DNA from: an uncultured Verrucomicrobiae bacterium
Lineage (GTDB): Bacteria; Verrucomicrobiota; Verrucomicrobiia; Opitutales; JABDGR01
Length of the DNA: 64,000 nt
Direction: 5' to 3'
NCBI GenBank assembly: GCA_963765205.1
Contig: CAVXVB010000008.1
Coordinates: forward strand, 256,001 to 320,000
The notes under the pieces are model-generated. The model searched no databases. It saw only the letters and a program-made list of their open reading frames with translations, and was not told the origin of the DNA. Positions 61,924-64,000 of the stretch are shown here, piece by piece. A program made the position numbers and the translations under genes. Each line of letters opens with the position of its first letter. Positions within the stretch are counted from its first letter, which is position 1.

Positions 61924-63087
61924 CTAACCCCCGGATAGCTCCGCAAACAGCCGGTTGGCCAGCGCGATGGCATTTTTTTGGTTTCTATTCAGGACAGTGA
62001 AGTGGCCCATTTTGCGGCCGGGGCGCGGTTCGCCCTTGTCGTAGAGGTGGAGTTTCACGCGCGGGTCGCGCAGCAGTTTGGCCCAATCGGGCGCATGGCC
62101 ATTGCGCCAAAGCTCGCCGAGCAAATTGACCATCACCGCCGGGCGCAGCAAATCCGGCGCGCCCAACGGCAGGCCCGCGACGCAGCGAATATGTTGCTCG
62201 AACTGGCTCATGGCGCAGGCGTCGAGTGTGTAGTGGCCGCTGTTGTGCGGGCGCGGCGCGAGTTCGTTGACCAGCAATTTTCCATCCGCGTAAAACATTT
62301 CCACGGCGAGCAATCCGACCACGCCGAGGGTCTCCGCGATTTCTTTGGCCAATGCCGCGCCGGCGCGCTGCGTTTTCTCCGTCAACCGGGCCGGGGCGAT
62401 GCTGCGGTGCAAGATGTGGCGGACGTGCTCGTTCTCCGCCATGGGGAACGCCGCCATTTTTCCGTCCAGGCCCCGTGCGACAATCACCGAACACTCGGCC
62501 GCAAACGGAATCCACTTTTCAACCACGGCCTCGTCCGCGCCAAAACTTCGCCAAACCACGTCCCAATCCGGCGTGAGGCCCGCCGGCATGGCGGGCAACT
62601 TGAGCTGCCCTTTGCCGTCGTAGCCGGAAACCGCCGTCTTAAGCACGCACGGGAAACCGAGCTTCGCCGCCGCGCGCGCCAATTGCGCCGCCGAATTCAC
62701 CACCGCGAAATCAACGCAGGGGAAGCCGTGGCGGCGCAGGAATTCCTTTTCGCGCCGGCGGTTCTGGCAGATGGCCAGCGCGCGCGAACCGGGCCGCGCG
62801 GGGACGCATTTTTCGAGCAGTTGCAGGGCCATGGCCGGCACGTTTTCAAACTCCAGCGTCACCGCCGCGATGCCGTCCGCAAACTGCGCCAGCGCCGCCG
62901 CGTCGTCCCAGGCTGCGGAAAAAGTTTTCTCCGCAACCGGCGCGGCGCAGCAGCCGGGTGCCGGCTCGTAAACATGGAAGCGGTAGCCCAGCCGCCGGCC
63001 GGCCAGCAGGGCCATACGGCCCAACTGCCCGCCACCAAGCATCCCGAGCGTCGAGCCCGGCGGCAAAAGGCGTGTGGAGAAACTCAT
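61924..63087 (-). CDS. purK: N5-carboxyaminoimidazole ribonucleotide synthase
   Basis: GGGQLGRM, EFENV, GYDGKGQ and NELAPRPHNSGH. Confidence 0.97.
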   Translation of the reverse strand: MSFSTRLLPPGSTLGMLGGGQLGRMALLAGRRLGYRFHVYEPAPGCCAAPVAEKTFSAAWDDAAALAQFADGIAAVTLEFENVPAMALQLLEKCVPARPGSRALAICQNRRREKEFLRRHGFPCVDFAVVNSAAQLARAAAKLGFPCVLKTAVSGYDGKGQLKLPAMPAGLTPDWDVVWRSFGADEAVVEKWIPFAAECSVIVARGLDGKMAAFPMAENEHVRHILHRSIAPARLTEKTQRAGAALAKEIAETLGVVGLLAVEMFYADGKLLVNELAPRPHNSGHYTLDACAMSQFEQHIRCVAGLPLGAPDLLRPAVMVNLLGELWRNGHAPDWAKLLRDPRVKLHLYDKGEPRPGRKMGHFTVLNRNQKNAIALANRLFAELSGG

Positions 63088-63099
63088 GGAAAATATGTT

Positions 63100-63801
63100 T
63101 CAAGAATTCGCGGCGGCTTTCAATCCCGGAACATCCGGCGGGATCGGCGCGGGCACTCCCAGTTTTTGCGGCTGGGTATTGAGCAGCTCCGCATCGGCTA
63201 CGGCTTTCACGCGGGCGAGCCATTCGCGGAAATGCGAATCGTAAAAATCGCCGCCGGGGTCGGTCGCAATGCAGCCCACGGCGTCCAGCCCCCAGGCGCG
63301 CGCGAGGTAGAGCGCGCGGGGCAAATGAAATTCCTGGGAGACGATCACCACGGATTTCAGCCCGAAAATTTTGCGCGCGCGGGCCATCGAGTCCAACGTG
63401 CGCAGCCCGGCGTCATCCCGGGTGATGGCGCTGGCCGGAATGCCGCGGTGGCGCAAGCCCTCGACCATCAGCGCCGTTTCGCTGCCCAGCGGATCAAGCG
63501 CCACGCCATCGCCGGACACGAGGAGCTGCCGCACTTTGCCCGCCTTATATAAAGCTGCCGCCGTATCAAGCCGGTAATCAAAATAGAGCGAACCCGGCCC
63601 CGCGCCGAGCACCAGCGCGACGGGCGCGGGCGGCACGTCGGCCACGCGCGCATAAATCCGCCCGGTGGCCGCAAACACCATCCAACAATTTAACAGCACC
63701 ACGGGCAACAAACCCAGCAGCCCCAGCGCGCCCAGCGCCAGCAGCCCGCGCCTCAGGAAGCGCCGCAAGGGCCGGGGTCGGTCGGCTCGTCGTAAACTCA
63801 T
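63100..63801 (-). CDS. sanA: SanA/ElyC (DUF218) family protein
   Basis: LVLGA, RLD.A..LY, SGD, D.AG..TLDS and SQ.FHL.RA. Confidence 0.85.
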   Translation of the reverse strand: MSLRRADRPRPLRRFLRRGLLALGALGLLGLLPVVLLNCWMVFAATGRIYARVADVPPAPVALVLGAGPGSLYFDYRLDTAAALYKAGKVRQLLVSGDGVALDPLGSETALMVEGLRHRGIPASAITRDDAGLRTLDSMARARKIFGLKSVVIVSQEFHLPRALYLARAWGLDAVGCIATDPGGDFYDSHFREWLARVKAVADAELLNTQPQKLGVPAPIPPDVPGLKAAANS

Positions 63802-63830
63802 GGAGGAGTCGGTTGGCAAACGGCAGCGGC

Positions 63831-64000
63831 TCAGGCCGACGGTTTTTTCGCCACCGCGGCGGTTTGGCGCGCGCGATAGACGATGAGGCGCGCACGCAAG
63901 TTGGCGTCGCCGAGGGCCAGGATCGCGGCGGCGGCCAGGCCGGCGTTGGCCGCGCCCGCCGGGCCGATGGCGAGCGTCGCCACCGGAATGCCCTTCGGCA
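63831..64000 (-). CDS. purE: PurE, 3' part only
   Basis: Manual translation [21 protein letters not shown]...; not in the ORF track. Confidence 0.9.
   Translation of the reverse strand, partial: PKGIPVATLAIGPAGAANAGLAAAAILALGDANLRARLIVYRARQTAAVAKKPSA

Overview
GC-rich bacterial chromosomal window. Gene style and content (class III signal FTLVEIMIVVVIIGLLAAMAIPAF pilins, zwf-opcA-pgl, helical-repeat surface proteins) suggest Verrucomicrobiota, possibly Opitutales; this is an inference. Housekeeping content: nrdBA, oppABC, gltBD, polX, zwf-opcA-pgl, grpE, purA, purE/purK and ABC transporters. No rRNA, tRNA, CRISPR array, transposase or integrase was recognised. Highlights: (1) two tandem type IV pilin paralogs, each with its own terminator, one behind a sigma54-type promoter and one behind a sigma70-type promoter, embedded among two GT-C-like membrane proteins, a methyltransferase-GT2 fusion and a stand-alone methyltransferase, a candidate lipid-carrier pilin (methyl)glycosylation system; (2) a ribonucleotide reductase whose R2 has Glu as first metal ligand and Leu in place of the radical Tyr (class Ic-like), with a three-ATP-cone R1 and tandem NrdR boxes; (3) a secreted GH2/cellobiose-2-epimerase fusion; (4) a lower-GC Kelch-collagen gene bracketed by a degenerate duplicate of the neighbouring M23 gene 3' end; (5) several families of 7-nt and 9-nt periodic inverted-arm elements and GTAG REP dimers at gene junctions; (6) an atypical class III nucleotide cyclase coupled to a Nudix hydrolase; (7) two RelE/ParE modules, one with a nonsense-broken toxin. 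Three genes carry single-base frameshifts that may be assembly errors.
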